Positions 61,600-64,000 of a stretch of DNA of 64,000 nucleotides are shown here, in pieces. Source of the DNA: Antedon mediterranea (lineage: Eukaryota; Animalia; Echinodermata); contig NC_092674.1 in the NCBI RefSeq assembly GCF_964355755.1, positions 22,320,001-22,384,000 of the forward strand. Reading direction: 5' to 3'. The stretch's first letter is position 1. Each line of letters begins with the position of its first letter. The notes beneath the pieces are model-generated. The model had not been told where the DNA came from, ran no database searches, and was given only the letters and a program-made list of their open reading frames with translations. The position numbers and the translations under genes were made by a program.

Positions 61600-62860
61600 G
61601 TTGTCAAAAATCAAAATAATTATTTATATTCACATCATATATTTGAATTAAATAAAGAGATTTTACATGGTTGTTATTCTTGGATCAGAAAGTTTTAATA
61701 TTTCATTTTCTATCTAAATATAACCAACAACAAAAAAAGATAAGAAATAGTATATTAACTAGTTAAACAATAATAAGAACACATTTTAAGCCTAGCTCAC
61801 ACTCCAGGTGAGAATGAACAACCTTAAACATATATAGAATGTAATAATAATCAGCTGTTAAAAAACTTTTCTTAATAGTTATAATGTGGATCAAAGAAGA
61901 ATATATTTTTACATAGAAGTACAAATAAAAAGTTATGTTAAATTTCACTGTTACTTTAATCGATTATTATGGGATTATCTAAGCAATACAGATATATTGA
62001 AACCAACATGATTTTGATTTCATTACCGTTGTTTTTAACTGTTCAAACCGTTTCAGTGTAGGGCCTATACAATTTAAATGTTACATTCTTCTTCTTTAGA
62101 TGGAAATGTAGTAATGATATTTAAACTGCTTGAACTAACTGGGTAAAGATAACAATCATTGGTAGCGAAGTTTACCCCTGAATCAGCAGACAACCAATTA
62201 TATTTCTCCAAATCTCAATAATTAACAAGAATATACATTATCAGAAATTTAAAATTATGTATTTTCATTTAATTATGAGATCCTTTTTTTTCAGTAGAGA
62301 ACAATATTTTGAATCATAATCATTGCTTGTAATTAGCAAATATCATAGATAAAGCTAGGAGGAGTGACGGGTGTTCATAAACGTGTTGAGACTGCCAATT
62401 AACGAATCGCACTTTGGTTTCACATCTCGTCGGGGCTGTTTTCGTTGTAGTTTGTTTGGTGATATTCAGGTTGATAATTCCAAAGACTTTATACAGTCTA
62501 GCCAGGTTAATGTAAATATGTTTCTTCCTTAGAGAATAGTACACCACCAACCACTAAAGAGTTTTTCAAAATATCAATTGTCAGTTTGAATTTTTACAAA
62601 ACAAAAAATGGTACTCAAAAACGATATGCGTCATCGTAGGTTGTCGCCAATCAAAATAATCATAAATTTAAATTGACATTATATATTTGAATTAAATAAA
62701 TATATTTTACACTGCTCTTATTCTTGGATCAGAAACATTTAATATTTCATTTTTATTTAAATATAACAAAAAGAAGATAAGAAATAGTTTATTAACCGGT
62801 TTCACAATAATAAGAAACATTTTAAGCCTAGTTCACATTCCAGGTTAGAATGATCAGTCT
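61600..62860. repeat. ~230-bp direct repeat pair (61600-61830 and 62640-62860)
   Basis: ggttgtc..aatcaaaataat...atatttgaattaaataaa...ttattcttggatcagaaa...ttttaagcctag.tcaca.tccaggt.agaatga in both. Confidence 0.75.
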
Positions 62861-62921
62861 TACTCAAAAGTGTGTGTTTCTTTCATTTTACTATTATACA
62901 TATATTATATTATGTTTTTAC

Positions 62922-63043
62922 CTTGAAGAAGACGACGACGTTTGATCCTCCCCTTCATTCTCATCAGTATTCGATCCTTTACCTTTGTGAAAATTAATTC
63001 CGATATTTTCTTGTAATGTTTCGAGTCCTAATGTGGTCGCCAT
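62922..63043 (-). CDS. Exon 1 of a micro-gene related to the CaaX peptide gene (MATTLGLETLQENIGINFHKGKGSNTDENEGEDQTSSSSS...)
   Basis: caaaATGG Kozak context, AG|gtaaaa phase-2 donor, shares GSNT..N.GED with 58898-58977, CCAAT at 63164 in a similar context. Confidence 0.55.
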
Positions 63044-64000
63044 TTTGTTTGAATAATTATTATTTACCACTATTTGTCAAATAATATACGAAGTCCCACA
63101 CTCAATATGACAATTCTAAGTAAGAACAATATAATATATGCAACTTCTGCAATATCTATCTAACCAATCATCTTACAGACTACTGTAATCTGATGCGTGT
63201 TGCATTTGCCAATCACAAGCTGTTGGGTTTCCTAGTTATTATACTGTACATTGATTTCTTTTAATTTATAGCAGTCGATTTTCATCATTGTATTATTTAT
63301 CATCATATCCGAATTGTAAAATATACATTAAAAGTAATTTTATTCGGTTGGTAGTTTACATGCTTGTCCTCCGATCTAAGATCATTTGTTCAAATCCTTG
63401 TCCCGTCACAGTATACATTCTGTAATTTGGAAAACAGCTTCACACTATATCAATACTTATTTTTTAAATCAATGGGTTATTTCTCATCTTGTTTGTAGTT
63501 GTATTTTTATGTCATGGTGATACTATTATAAACAAAATTGAGAGAGTTTTTTTGCAGACCAAGAGAGGGGAGGGAGTAATTTAAAATGTTTAAATTATGT
63601 AGCAGTAATATAATAATAGGAATAGTAACCAGGTGGTCGATATAGATAAAATGAGACTCGAAAGATGCACTGGGCTTTTTTTTAAATATTTCTACGTTTT
63701 TCTTCCTTTTCTTAGTCAATGTGAACAAAATCCGAAATTCTTTAGTTTCCAGATATGTGAACGATTCAAACTGTAAATATATTTCTAATAAACCTTAGAA
63801 ATCTTATTACTACTTTTAAATATCATTTTATAATTTAAATTATACAATAAACACAAAAAGTTGTACAATATTTATGAAAATTTGATTTCGAATAACCTTT
63901 TATTGGATAGATTATATTCCATGTGTTCTAAAACAAAACCATATTTTTTTCTTTAGCAGACACACGCTAATACACAAATTAATAGGTCTAATTGCTTTTC

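Overview
AT-rich, intron-rich metazoan (invertebrate-like) genomic DNA with two parts. (1) 1.5-25 kb, + strand: the 3' half of a P4-ATPase phospholipid flippase gene of the ATP11 class. It has 12 confident GT-AG exons, a candidate 18-nt microexon and several candidate alternative C-tail exons. Its introns hold many MITEs and a 5'-truncated L1/Tx1-type LINE with a 15-bp TSD. (2) 33-64 kb, - strand: a dense cluster of very small genes that I do not recognise from any family. Eight copies encode a ~78-81 aa protein built from two H-x(2-5)-C-x-[W/Y]...L-x(1-3)-C-x-C modules, ending ILRR[NH]CxC[GE]. Each copy has a splice donor 1-11 nt after its stop codon, and most have a compact CCAAT+TATA promoter. 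A ~10-kb tandem duplication left one intact copy each of subtypes A, B and C; the other copies carry a frameshift, a templated insertion or a Kolobok insertion. Neighbouring micro-genes share the promoter design, including a two-exon 37-aa peptide ending in a CaaX box (CCSCIIL). All exon, gene and repeat calls were made by eye; no database search or expression data was available.
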